From: Pseudovirgaria hyperparasitica
Taxonomy: Eukaryota
NCBI GenBank assembly: GCA_010093815.1
Contig: ML996568.1
Direction: 5' to 3' (one strand)
Length of the DNA: 55,866 nucleotides
Of the stretch, positions 1 to 12,602 are shown in pieces; the stretch's first letter is position 1, and each line of letters begins with the position of its first letter. Both the position numbers and the translations under genes were made by a program. The notes beneath the pieces are model-generated. The model was not told the origin of the DNA, did no database searches, and saw only the letters and a list, made by a program, of their open reading frames with translations.

Positions 1-129
1 GAATATTGTCTGAAGTACGTTATTACTGCGTGCTATACACATAATGATGTAGCCATATAGGTACGCGTGAATGCCGTCGGCTGGGATATCGATGCTCCCT
101 GCTCTTATCCGCGGCGGAATTCAAATAAC

Positions 130-957
130 TCATGATGAGGAGCGCCACGAGGGTGCCTGGACTTGTGTCTTCGTATTGTGACTTAAGGGCAGAAAGGAGG
201 TCGTGAATGCGGGTATTTGCACCGAAGGAGAATCAGTGGAGCTGGAGTTGAGCGGATGGTATATCTCTGATGGTCTCAACGGATGTTTCGAGGGTTGACC
301 TGACAGCATTGACTGAATAGCATTGACTGGACGGCACGTTCCGGAATCTTTGTGAAGGATGATGCTGTAAGAAAAATTGTTTTCGTGGGTCAAGCTTGAG
401 GACAGTCCCAACATCGACAAGCGATCTTAAGCAAAGAGTGCTTCAGAATGGCCAAAGGCCAGGGAGATTCCTGGGGTGTGATTCAGGCCAGTAGAGGATA
501 TGGGGTCATTGCGATGAAGTTCAGTGGGGAGTTCTAAAGGCAGGGCTTGAGCGATTCGATACACTTTAGGTAGGCATGGAAGCTTGGAGTGTCCGAGGTT
601 CTTGACAGCCTTTTGACCGGTAAGTTGGCCTAAGTTTTTGTCGAAGATGTCTCGGAGGTTTTCTCTATTTGAGAACACATATGGAGGAGGAAGCTCGGAA
701 TATGTATTTACCCATCCACATGTCCGGGCATGATCTCATTTGTTTAATTCGAAGTCTGTCCCAAGCGTTTCATCGCAGACTTTCGCCGCGAAAGACCTTG
801 AGCCTTGCTTACCACTTGGATAGGAGTCGGAACAGTACTTGAGCTGGATCATTGACTCTAACATTATTGGTATTGCATTCGATGGATGTTTGGGGATTGG
901 GGAGAATTGACAATATCGAGGCTTTACACGGAGCAGGAATTGATGTGCTAATGGCAC
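130..957 (-). pseudogene. Possible decayed gene of unknown function
   Basis: ORFs 736-957, 427-678 and 130-420 share one minus-strand frame. They are separated only by single stops (TGA 736-738, TAA 427-429) with open linkers, giving ~276 codons. No family recognised. Confidence 0.3.
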
Positions 958-1233
958 TGATTCTAGACTTCAAAGACAATAGTCCTATAGACTAACACAG
1001 ATATTTATCTATCTCTTGATAACAGCAAGTGCACGTCATACTACCTATGAGGTCAGCGTCTTACCGCTGAGACACATCATTATTTGATACTACCAGTCAT
1101 GTATATATAGAGACGGGATCTAGCAATTGTCTCAGATTCAGGAGGTATCCTTCATGCAAAGTAACATATGCTTTATCGGGCGCTATGAAGTAAGTTGATC
1201 TTGTACGGATGAAACTGCGTATCTCTCATCTCG

Positions 1234-1265
1234 ATACGGCGCGAGATGTATACGGCGCGAGATGT
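1234..1265. repeat. Perfect 16-bp tandem duplication (ATACGGCGCGAGATGT)x2 upstream of the GT34 gene
   Basis: Directly visible at 1234-1249 and 1250-1265. Confidence 0.9.
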
Positions 1266-1600
1266 ACCTTCATGTGAAGGCACAAGCCCTTGAGGACGGG
1301 TCGCCAAGCTTTTGGCCTTAGGCCAACAAGCGGATATCCAATTTAATCTGCTTTTGATACTACTGGGTGCTTATCAGAAGATGTTGCTTTACGAAACAAT
1401 TAAGCAAATCTCCAACAAGACCAACACAGTACCAAGTACCACTCTTCTCTTGGGGAATACTCAGCCAGTAAATCTCGTCTCATCCACTTATCCGCATGGC
1501 GCGGTGAGTACCGCAATCAGCTAGCTATACAACTTCAGTGTCTCTCCACCCCGACGTAGAACGGCCCTCACGACTCTTTTTTACGAAACTGCACACTACA

Positions 1601-2664
1601 ATGCACTTCGCATTCCCACCACGCAAAACCTCAAATCCTCCACCCTACGCCGCACGTTCGACTCGCTACCCACTGTCTCAATACCTCCGCCGTAGCCAAA
1701 TTCGCAAATTCGCAATAATAGGCCTTGGCATCATCGCCTTCGTATACTTCATAGCCAGCTTCTCCAGCGAGAGCGAAGAGCGCATCCCACCTGGCACGCC
1801 ACCCGCGGTCATAGTCACTGTGTTCGACCCGAGCGCAGATGCAGTTCACACAGAGCAGATCAAGCGGAACAGGATATCCTATGCCAAGAAACATGGTAAG
1901 TGTTCCCAGGGGGGAGGAGGAGACATTTGCCATGACTGACACAGCACCAGGCTATGAGACTTTCTTTGCCTTATCCACAACTTACGACCTAGGCAAACAC
2001 ACAAACGCATGGTCCAAGATCCCTGCCATGCGCCATGCCCTCACCTCCTTCCCTCACAGCACGTTCTTCTGGTACCTCGACGCTCATAGCCTGATCATGA
2101 ATACCTCTCTCTCGCTACATGCCCGCATCACCTCTCCCTCGGTCCTCGAACCCCTCATGATCCGCGACGTGCCTGTTGTACCACCCGACAGCGTCATCAA
2201 GTCTTTCTCGCACCTGCGCGCCGACGATGCAAATCTGATCATAGCACAAGACGCAGAGGGCTTGCGGCAAGATAGTTTTATACTGCGGAGCGGGGACTGG
2301 GCGAAGTTCTTTCTGGACAGTTGGATGGATCCGTTGTATCGGTCGTACAATTTCCAGAAGGCGGATGCGCACGCGCTGGAGCATTTGGTGCAGTGAGTTT
2401 CTGGCTGCCACTATGCAACATGGCAAAAGGGGCTTGTTTGCTAACAAATGGGACAGGTGGCATGGTACCGTGCTTGCGAAACTGGTCCTGGTGCCGCAGC
2501 GGACGTTCAACTCGTTCACGAGGGATTCATCGGGAAAGAATGAGGAAGGTTTGTATAAGGAAGGAGATTTTGTTGCAAACTTTATGGGATGTGACAAAGG
2601 TGAAAGGAATTGCGAGGACGAGATGAAGCCGTTTCTAGACAAGGCGGACGACGTACCTGCGTGA
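1601..2664 (+). CDS. MNN11: Glycosyltransferase family 34, Golgi alpha-1,6-mannosyltransferase complex subunit (Mnn11-like)
   Basis: Exons 1601-1895, 1951-2392, 2457-2664 with GT..AG introns. N-terminus MHFAFPPRKTSNPPPY, one type II TM helix, and motifs NRISYAKKHGY, WSKIPAMRHAL, FFWYLD, YRSYNFQKAD.HALEHLVQWH and GDFVANFMGC typical of GT34. Confidence 0.85.
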
Positions 2665-3950
2665 TGTCCACAACGAGGAGCACGGCGATCGGAGTTTTAT
2701 ATACCCTGTTTTAGATGCACTCAAGGGCCGAGAGGCATACAATTCCAGCATTCAACGGTCCTAGATGAGTAATTGTAACATGAAAGGATTCTCAGCGTCA
2801 TTTACCCCCTCACTCCTGGCTCCATTTTCGCTTGTAATAAGACACGCAGCAGGTAGACCATATATACATGCTAATCTTTTAGCACATCTCTTCCCTTCTC
2901 TCTATTCACTGAAAACCCACACTGCTGGTCTCCCTGTTCGACGATAACCTGGGCCCTTGATCATCATGATTTCGACGTCTCCCACAACATCACCTTTAAA
3001 GTACAATCTTTTCGCGCCGATGCTTTGTGCAAGTACTAGGTACGCTTTCGCTCAGGACCAAGTATCGATGTGACCATTCTTAGACATACAACTCCGCCTT
3101 TTCTCATAAGCGCACACAAGTAGTACTAAAGAGGGCATTATGGGCCTAGAATTCACAGCTGATCCATTGAGCTTACCCTCACACTTACCTTGGTCCAGTC
3201 CCCGGGTAATTAGGCTATGGAAATAGTCCAAATGTGCTTCGATCTCGTACGAAGGTCGTAAGAGCAGTGATGTTGTTCCATTCTCGTCGTTGTGTTAACA
3301 TCATCTTCGAATTGACGATAGGCCGGCAAAATAAGCGTGCGGATCATGGACGATGCTCTGTTAATATTGACGTAGCGATAGGTGGTTTACAGTGTCGATC
3401 ATAGCAAAGAGTACATCTGCAGTCCAGACCTCTTGCAAGATTGATGTATCAAAAGCCAGGCTATACTCCCTTCTGCGCACTTGTGACGTACCGTTCATCA
3501 TGGTTAAGTTCGAGTGCATGAGCACGTCATCGCGATCAGTGTCGCCTGGCTGGATTTAATGAAGTTGCGCGCAGCTTTAATGCAATGCGAATTTGAAGCA
3601 TTGTTAGGATTCGGAGGATCACATGCGAACGCGCTCATGGTTTGTAAGTTGAGAGTCCTATTAGTAAGCGTAGGGCCTTTCGAATTGTACTATGCAGGTA
3701 CCACAGATGTGTCGCCGGAACAGCAGTCGATGATATGCACTGCGCTGGTGACGAGGTATAGGTAAAAAGTCCAAAGTTTTGCACAGGCATCGCCAATAGA
3801 GCGACTGAGTCTCCTATCCCATTTATGTAGGGAATAAGAATTCCGCTCCAAAGTGCCACGCCTTTTTTCCCAAAGATGCCTTGTCATGTCACGTCATCCG
3901 TCACGCCGTGTGAGTCGTCTCACAACGTCGGAGAAGAGAAGGGGTATCAC

Positions 3951-4611
3951 TCATGCTTCGTAAAACTCCCTCATGAGCTTCTCAATAACCTCGAAATCTT
4001 TCTTGGTCTGCTTGATGATGCCATCTAGTTTTTCTAGGCTCTTATCGTCGTCCAATTCGTCGTGCGATCCAGTCTCGTCCTTGCGGGAACCAATGTGCTG
4101 GATTTTCTCGCAGCTGTCTTTGACTTTGGTCAGACCTAGAGTCGCCGATGAACCTTTGAGGAAGTGGCCGAGAGACGAGAGTTCTTCCAAGTCGCGCTCG
4201 CCGCTGGTCTAAAGTCAGCACGAGCCCTACACACGCATCATTCGGAGCTGGCCGCTTCGGCCTAGGAAACTCACAGGGCTGTATCCATATTCTTGAATGT
4301 GCTTTCGGCTTGCTGGAAGAAATCAAAGACAATCTCGCGGCTAAATTCCCTCTCATCCTCGTCATCGTCCATTTGTAAGATTTGCTCGAAAGTCGCATAG
4401 TCGAGCGCATCGCCAGCCTTTTTGATGAGGGTTGCCTCCTTCAGTGACTTCATAGTTAGGAGAGAGGGTTAGCAATGGCGAGCTTGGGAGTGAGGGAATG
4501 CTGTGCCTTAATGTGGAAGTAGAGAGGATCAGAGGAAGAGGATAGATAGTGGTGAGAGACAGAGAGAGGATAGAGAGAGGTACGAACAACGTGCAATTCT
4601 TCGGGAGCCAT
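3951..4611 (-). CDS. YPD1: Histidine-containing phosphotransfer (HPt) protein of the two-component phosphorelay
   Basis: Three exons. TFEQILQMDDDEDEREFS and the phosphoacceptor motif LSSLGHFLKGSSATLGLTKVKDSCEKIQH are diagnostic. First exon MAPEELHV is inferred. Confidence 0.95.
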
Positions 4612-6302
4612 GATTCTGGATGTCCGCCGTGCGTAACTTACGCCTTCCAATCTCGCTGTCTTACACGTGCGGGGCAGGTGGTAGGTAGGTAGTAGCAAGT
4701 GAGTAGTGATGGAAGTAGCTGGAGTAATTAGTGCTTTCTGGCTGCCGATTGATGGCGGCGTCGTGGGAGCTTGCCTGGCCTTTGGCGGGGTTCTTCCACC
4801 TCCTACCGTAGAGCTTCGCTGATGCCTGGGGGAGGGGACTTGGCTGGTGGCTGAATGTCAGACTTGATAGCGCTTTTTCGGCTCCTTTGCAAGCACGACA
4901 AAGGTTTGGGCAGAGTGGTATATCCTGGATGAGGCTGCTACAAACCTATGCATGTAGTGATTGTAGAATAAGTTTTTGTGTCGCTTCAGGCTTCGCATCA
5001 TCCGCTAGAACTGGTCAGACGAGCCGACACGAGACGGCCTCTCGTTATTGCCCAGTGGGCCCCCAAACTGTATGTAACATGGATGTGTCTGTGATAGTAC
5101 GCCCAGGTAGCACTGCCTTAGGTAGGGTGTGAGTCGTGTCCCCTAACTATGACGAGGTTTATGTTCACTCGATCACTCGAGGGTCGGGCCGACACGTGTT
5201 GTCTAGGTTTTCAAGCGTTCCCAAGTGAGTAGTCTGTCGACATTCATTTGTACTTCCGCAAGATCACCCAGCACACCTCACTTAAGCTCGTTGCTTAGGA
5301 TGTTAACAAAGATACTTTAGGGTCTCTATGCTCCAATGGATTTAGACAGACTCTTTGGCCGCACAGAAGGTTGCTACAACCCGCTAGTACGGTCGTTCAT
5401 GGCGCCCTTTGAGAATTTGGGCCATGTATCAACTGTTTTTATCATACAGACTGCTGTGCTTGAGCAACCTGTTAGGCTGTGCTGCAGAATCCAAGACACG
5501 TATGTCATGTAACAAGGTAAACAGTATGTGCAGGCTGGCAGGATTGGAGCGGTATCTCCGTATACGTTTAATAACAAATAATTAATTACGGCGCAAGCCT
5601 CACACCCTCCATTCGGCGGTCTCCCGAGAACACGGATGGTAGGCGTGCGCTAAAGAGGTCTAGAACAAACGAACTCGTCGCGTCTTATATTGAATGCACG
5701 CAATGTTGCATTTTGCCGAAACCCGTCCACTAGACATGCGTTATACAGCCTGATCCTGGTCAGCCCTTTGCGACACACCGCACCTACGTCACATCTACTT
5801 TTTGATCTGTGGGGAGGACTGCTGTAGCCCGCACGTCTGGTTAAGGTGTCCGCTGTCGCGTTGTGCACGAGTCTTGTTGGACAGCTTGTTTCATCACGGC
5901 CAGATCTCGAGTATCACTGCAACGCGGCAGCATCAGGTAGATGGGTGCGCCGAAACGATAAATTGCTCAGGCCCTGTCACTCACAGCGAAGACAAATGCT
6001 CTTTGGTATTTGCAAAGTCCGATTGGGGCAGCTATGGCTGCCGCCACTGGTCGAAGAAATCAGCAATCAGTTTCCACCTTCAATTATTGTGCTGCACTTC
6101 CAGTCCAGGTCTGACCTGCAATCGGCTCGGAGTACTTTTTAACAGAGTGATCTCTGGTAGACCGTTGCATTGCTTTCGAACAAGACATGATGTGCTGAAT
6201 TATCAACTCTATGGTATCCTACATACGTTTTCTCATTCCATATGCCAGTAAAGGTACACGTGACATAATGACAAGTAAGAATGGAAGTGAGACTGGGCAT
6301 GC

Positions 6303-7891
6303 CTAACCAGTAACGGCGTGTATAGATTCGGCCAGGCGCTGAACATTTTCGGACGTTATTCCGGCGACTGAAATGCGGCCATCCTTGGTCGCATACACAG
6401 AGTGCTGATTGCGTTAGCATTCGCGTTAGCACCAAAGTTGAATATCGTACCTCCTTAGCGAGCTTATCCATTTGCTCAGGCTTGAGGCCAGTGTACGCAA
6501 ACATGCCAATCTGGGACGTGATGTGACTCCAATCATGCTTGCTACCCAGCTTCTCCAAGTTCTCCTTGAGCAGAGCACGCATTTTGATTATGCGGTCAGC
6601 CATACCCTTGACCTCACCAAACCATTGCTTTTTCAAGGTAGGGTCATTAAGAATCGCCGATGCGATGCGAGCTCCATGGACAGGTGGGTTGGAGTAGAGA
6701 GGGCGAACAAGAATCTTGAGTTGCGAGTCCACTCTCTTTCTCTCCTCTACAGACTCGCAAACTATGGAAAAGGCACCGACACGCTCGCCGTAGAGCCCCT
6801 AAAGCTGTAATTTAGTGACCAGTGTGCAGTGTCAAATGTACGAAACGTACCATGTTTTTGGCAAAACTTTGAGCAAGGCAAGGTCGGAGACCCTCCTTGA
6901 TGAAGTGTCGAAGAGCGAAAGCATCCTTACCGGCGTCACCACTAGCAAAGCCTTGGTAGGCCATATCGAAGAAAGGATAATGGCCGCCTTCCTTCACAGC
7001 ATCGCAAATTTGAGCCCATTGCTGCTGGGTCGGGTCGACCCCAGTGGGATTGTGCGCACATGCATGAAGCATGACGATACTTCCCTTTGGCATAGCTTTG
7101 ATGTCCGCGACCATGCCCTCGAGATCTAGTCCAATGGTGTCCTTGTTGTAGTAGCGGAATTTCTCAACGGTCAGGCCAGAATCTTTGAAAACAGCATTGT
7201 GATTTGCCCAACTTGGGTTGGGGATGTAAATCGTCTTAGAGCCGGGGTAGAATCTTTCGAGGAATGCACCTCCGATTCTTAATGCTCCCGTGCCAGAGAT
7301 CGACTGTGTGATCACGAGCCTATCTTCTTTTATGGGCGCAGAGTCTTCACCGTACGCAAGAACAGCTGCAGCCTTGGTGAAAGTCGGTACACCGGTAATG
7401 CCAGCATATTCTTTGTCAAGCTCTGACTCGACGAGTTTCTTCTCTGCAGAGCGAACGGAAGGAAGAACATAGGGCTTGCCTTTATCATCACGGTATGCGC
7501 CAACACCTAAATTAACCTTCATTAGTAGCTAGATGGTATGGACGGAGACGACTCACATACCTAGATTGATCTTCTTAGGGTGGCTATCTGCTTTAAAAGC
7601 CTCAGTAATACCTGTCCAAATTAGCTCATGCTGTGAAGAGGACTGTTTAACCACATACCGAGAATGGCCTAAACAAAAAAAGCCAATAAGTACTTGATGT
7701 ATCAATCAAAAGAGTTAGAGTGACTTACATCCTACAGTATTGTCAGTTAAAGATCTTGGGCGCGGTACGGATTTACTTACTGGAGGTCCTTGTGGGACTT
7801 GAGCCCATGCTGAAGCAGCTCGAACTGAAATTCCACCATTGCGAAACTGCCGAGGCACCTGGCTAAGAGCGGATCTTGTAGAAGGCAACAT
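6303..7891 (-). CDS. AAT1: Aspartate aminotransferase, mitochondrial
   Basis: Arg/Ser-rich presequence [17 protein letters not shown], then [45 protein letters not shown], the PLP-lysine motif [15 protein letters not shown] and GRISVAG. Exons 7891-7781, 7731-7729, 7668-7659, 7611-7561, 7506-~6851, ~6799-6451, ~6405-6303. Confidence 0.95.
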
Positions 7892-8156
7892 GACTCTAGA
7901 TATGGAGATGATTCAATTGAAGTTTGAAAGGAACAGGATGATTGACGTAATGGGACAAGGAAAAGGAGTGCAGATTGCCGCTGTTATGATGCGTACAATA
8001 GGTGACAAGGAGCGCGCCGGCTGGAGCCCATCGCCGGAAACCTTAGGGAGCTTGATACTTTTTCGGGCCGGTCAAAAGTCCGGATCCATCTGTCGTATAG
8101 AGCTACTGTGAGCAAAAAAAGTTGCGAAACTGTCTGGTTACATCGCAACTTTCTTA
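7892..8156. promoter_or_regulatory. Short divergent (likely bidirectional) promoter between AAT1 and GEP3
   Basis: Two head-to-head start codons only 265 bp apart. Confidence 0.55.
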
Positions 8157-10523
8157 ATGCAGACTCTATGCAACCACCCCAGGCGGCTGATAGCACAAAA
8201 TGTTACTCAGTTGGCGCGTACCATTTCAATCTTACCGTACCCGGTCCTCAGGCCCTCGACCCTTACTACGCGAACCTTGCGGCGAACTCAGGACCTCCGC
8301 TACAGAAGCACTGGAGCTCAAACTTCCGAAAATCTAGATCTGAGCGATATTGATATAACAGGGAGGCCCGACTTAGGCTTTTACAAGCCCATTCGTCAAT
8401 TGCCTGTGTTTTGTCCCGGATGCGGTGCGCCGACCCAAGCTACTGATTCCAAAGCGGCTGGCTTCTACAACACAAGACGCCATAGGCTGAAACAATACCT
8501 ATATGGTACGAACCCAGAAAAAAAGAAGCCCTTTTCCGAGAAACGGGCACGCGAAGACGATATATTTGAAGCGGCCTTGAAGCAGGCCAACCAAAATGTA
8601 GTTGGGGAATTGGCAGCACTGTCCAAGAATGACGGTATCCTCTCTTCTGACCAACTGCACATGAAACAAAGTTACTAAGATTCCTCAGACGTACAGAAAA
8701 GACTAAAAAGCCTCACACAAGCACAAGGCATACCTGTCTGCGACAGATGCCATCATCTTACGCACCACAACAGCGGGGAGTCTATATATCACCCGTCCAT
8801 CGAGTCCATAGAGGAGATTATCGCTACCTCACCTCACAAATACAATCATATATACCATATCGTGGATGCGGCAGACTTCCCTATGTCGCTAATACCGAAC
8901 CTCCAACACACCTTGGATCTCTCGCCTCTCCGCTCTCAGAATCGCAGGTCAAAAGACCGCACATTTCGCCACGGGAGAGTGGCTGAGGTCAGCTTCATAA
9001 TTACAAGAGCTGATTTGCTCGCTGCCAAAAAAGAGGATGTCGACCGTTTGATGCCATGGGCTCTTGAGGTACTGCGAACTGCACTAGGAAGGACAGCAAA
9101 GAACGCCCGCCTTGGTAATGTACGTCTTGTTAGCGCTTCAAGAGGCTGGTGGACACCAGAAGTAAAAGAAGAAATATGGGATCGAGGGGGGGCAGGGTGG
9201 ATGGTCGGTAAGGCCAACGTAGGCAAGAGCAAACTGTTCCAAGTGGTATATCCAAAAGGAAGAAGCACAGGCTCTCACGTGGCCATGGACAAAGTTCGAC
9301 GTGAAGCACAACTGCAAATAACGATGAATGGGTCTAAAAACCACTCTGATACGTCAGTAGCTGCAGACTTAGCTGCTCCTGATCTCAGCACGTTCGGTAA
9401 GTCGAGTTCGGAGGATGGCCAAGATGCTCATGGCGAACGACAAATATCCGAAAATATGCTCGAGACATGCTCTGATTCTTCTGTTCCTGGGAGTTCGTTA
9501 GTCTCTGAAATTAGTAACACGGACGAGCCGGCTGTCGATCCTTTTTCCGCGACTTCTTTTTTCGACCCTGATTCACTATTGCCGCCGCCCCAAATTGAAA
9601 CTCAATATCCAATTATGCCCATGGCATCGAGTTTGCCGGGCACAACAGCAGCTCCAATTAGGATACCATTTGGCGGCGGTAAAGGCGAGCTTATCGATCT
9701 TCCTGGCCTGCTGAGATCAGATATCGACACATACATCGAACCTGAACACAGGTCTGGTATAATTATGACAACCAGACAAATTCCAGAGAAGATTGTTATC
9801 AAGCCAGGACAGTCACTAGTTCTTGGCGGGCTTATCCGCATCACGCCCAAGAACCCAGACCTTGTCTTCATTGCACACCCTTTTCTTACATTGGAGCCAC
9901 ATCTCACATCTACCGAAAAAGCCATCCAGCTCCACGAGAGACGTAGCACACTGAAAGTACCAACCATCACGACAGAGTCGGCTGGTGAGGCTATGCGGTC
10001 GGCAGGGACGTTTCCTTTGACATGGGATGTAACGAGCAAGCAGACCGGTACACTTACGGCAAGAGATGCGGGCAGAGTCAAAATCCATCAACTGCCTTTC
10101 ATTGTATACTCCACCGATATCGTGGTAGAAGGTATTGGATGGGTAGAGGTCACCTGTCAAGTACGAAAACGACACTTGGAGGAGACACAAGAGATCCGTA
10201 GTCAACCCAGGGAGACGTCTATTGATGATTCAGGGCCTATCATAGACGCCAAAATTGATGCTCTCCCATCTGATAACCCACTCGACGGCGAGAATACGCT
10301 CGATCATTCGTCACAAGCTCCAGCCTCACCGTTTCCTGAAATTGAAGTTTTCAGTCCATTAGGGAAGTATATTGCAACTAGAAGGACTATGAATGGCTCC
10401 GTCGTCGGTGGAAAGCTGCCAATTCCCAAACATCTTCAGAAAGCAAGACCACGTCAAAACATGAAAAGAGTGAAGAGGAGCCTACGCGCCAATAAATCCA
10501 GTATCATGAATATTCCCCAATAA
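8157..10523 (+). CDS. GEP3: Mitochondrial YqeH-family circularly permuted GTPase (mitoribosome small-subunit assembly, Gep3/Mtg3)
   Basis: Intron 8635-8688. Zn finger CPGC...CDRC, then G motifs in permuted order: G4-like TRAD, G5 VSA, G1 GKANVGKS, G2 PGTT, G3 DLPG. C-terminal IKPGQSLVLGGLIRI and DIVVEGIGWVE. Confidence 0.9.
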
Positions 10524-10561
10524 GGGTGGAAGACTTCAAGTCAAGGGCCAGTCCACAATGA

Positions 10562-11586
10562 TCAAGATCTGCTCCAGACATTATGTTCTGACTGTTCGTT
10601 TGGAGTGTCTCTTTGCTCGTGTGTAGGTTCACGGGAGTGGCTTCTCGTGTGTTCAGCTTCAGCCTCTTGACTTGCAGCTGATGTCAATCTTTCGAGTGTC
10701 TCTTGTAACTCAGGAGCACTTTCAATATTACTAGCGTCTTCTGGATCATCGGTATAGCGCTCTCGGCTGGTCGGATACTCGAGGGCACGTTGGACATTAC
10801 CGTTTTCTCCACTTGACGAAGTCGCCTGGAGCTGGCGTGGGAGAATACGTCCGAGCCACGAGTGCTGCTCCAGGGGCGCCGTAACGACCATCATCTAAAC
10901 TATTTCAGGACACGTTCTTTTTCTCGCCACTCCTCATACTCACCTGCCACAAGAATACGATGATTGGTACAATCAACAGTATGGCTGCAATCTGCTGCTC
11001 ATCCTTCCGCCAGTCACCCATGCAGCCTTTGGTCCTTCCAAACGTCTCTTCGCAGGAGCGGGCCGTATGCTGCTTGTCCGGGAATGGCCATGCCATATCA
11101 TGCGAGCTGGCAAGACCACAGCATTGGAAGGCATCTTGGATGGCTCTGATATGGTTCCCATCTTTGCGATGGAACATGTCCTGCCAGCGTCTTTCCATAC
11201 CACACCGCAAGTCGCCAGATGGCGCAATATGGGTGCCCGCGAGGGTAGCAAGGACCGCTTCAATAATTGTTAAGCAGAATAATGGGACAAGATTCGAGAT
11301 GAAGGGTGATGCCTGCCTGCTCCCCAGGAGTCTTCGTCGGCGTCTGTTGGTTGCACGTACCGTCTCGACGGACAGACCACTGAACACTGGAAGAGCCAAT
11401 GTGATGGCTCCGAGTACAGTAGGAATGGGTAACGAGCGAGCATTGATTTCGTAAAGCGCGTATGCTACGAGCGCCGTCGTTGCAAGCAGACCCTGATGTT
11501 TACTTAGCTTTCATATCGTAGGATACAACATCTCCACTCACCACTACATTAATGGCGATAACCACCTGCTTCTTGCGTGAAACCAT
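10562..11586 (-). CDS. Fungal tetraspanin-like membrane protein (Tsp3-like)
   Basis: Three exons from ATG 11586 (MVSRKKQVVIAINVV). Four hydrophobic segments, and an extracellular loop with IRAIQDAFQCCG, AWPFP and further Cys. Long acidic C-tail. Confidence 0.75.
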
Positions 11587-12137
11587 GTTCTTAAATCCTA
11601 CTAAAGTAGGTGGAAGGCTGAAATCTGAAACTTAAGTTCATGGAGCTCAAGTGGGCAAGGCCCAGTAGATAAAGGCGGAAGTGACACTCACAACCCTGAG
11701 GCAAACAAGCGGGGTCGTTACCCTGTTCGCTCTATTATAGAACGCACAACAGCATGTACTCCAGCAACAAGAGCCATTCGCCGGACGCCATTCCAGCAAA
11801 TCACCAACAATATTCACACCACCCCTAGTTCCCGTATTGTGGATTGCGAAGTCAGTGATTTCAATGTATATGCACGTTCTTTGTATGACAGGATGTGTGT
11901 ATGGTGTGGTTCGGCTTACTTTAGCATTCGAACCTTTGCTAGATGTAAAAGGTGAAATGCTTCGCAAAGTACATCACATGTCCGTATATGGGACTTCCAA
12001 GTGGTTTACGAATCGGCCCTAGCTTTGACCAGCGGAGATCATCCTAGTTCGAGATCGCGAGAATTCTTAGGTAGCTTGATATGGAATTTTTATGCAAGCC
12101 TCAGCTTATGTGTATAATATATATTTCTTCTTCGCCA

Positions 12138-12602
12138 TCAGAAGTCCGTCACTCTTCCATTGTAGCTCCAGTCTCCACCATGTCCCCATCTCAAGGGTTC
12201 ATTCTTCGGCCCACCTACCTCTCCCGTCTTCGGATTTGTGTCACCCTCAAACTCTGGTGGTGCACCCCTTCTCATATTTGGGTGCAGTTCGTCGCCTTCG
12301 CCATCAGCTTTGATTGTTGCGTTCAATATTTGCTCGGATTGTGGAGATTGGTTAACACTGGCGTTGATCTGAGAGGTGTCGGTGGCAACTGATGAGGTAT
12401 TTTGCGATGCAGGTGACTGGTTGACTGGTGAAGGAGTCCGGGGCGTGCTGAAAGCGCCCGTGGACTGCTCTTGAAGCTTCTCGAATAGAGCCTGGTCTTC
12501 TTTGGGGAGTCGTGGTGGTGCTGGCGAAGGGCGGAATGTGCTGTATGAGTGGCGAACCTGAGGTCGGAGGTGAGGTTGATATTGCAGGATTGCCCTACGC
12601 AT
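12138..12602 (-). CDS. SDH8: Succinate dehydrogenase assembly factor 4 (DUF1674)
   Basis: PPRLPKEDQALFE and the C-terminal signature FEGDTNPKTGEVGGPKNEPLRWG..GDWSYNGRVTDF. The start is uncertain (ATG 12602, MRRAIL, presequence-like; or 12620). Confidence 0.9.
   Translation of the reverse strand: MRRAILQYQPHLRPQVRHSYSTFRPSPAPPRLPKEDQALFEKLQEQSTGAFSTPRTPSPVNQSPASQNTSSVATDTSQINASVNQSPQSEQILNATIKADGEGDELHPNMRRGAPPEFEGDTNPKTGEVGGPKNEPLRWGHGGDWSYNGRVTDF

Noticed and set aside
5802..6251. 149-aa Cys-rich + strand ORF downstream of AAT1
   Set aside because: TTG start, no recognisable domain or signal peptide; probably a chance ORF.
8862..9030. GEP3 G4 motif reads TRAD instead of N/TKxD
   Set aside because: From memory, similar T-R-x-D variants occur in filamentous fungal Gep3 orthologs. 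The other G motifs are intact, so this is not evidence of inactivation.
6303..12602. AAT1-GEP3-SDH8 as a functional mitochondrial gene cluster
   Set aside because: Different pathways, interrupted by a tetraspanin-like gene; adjacency of three mitochondrial genes is plausible by chance.
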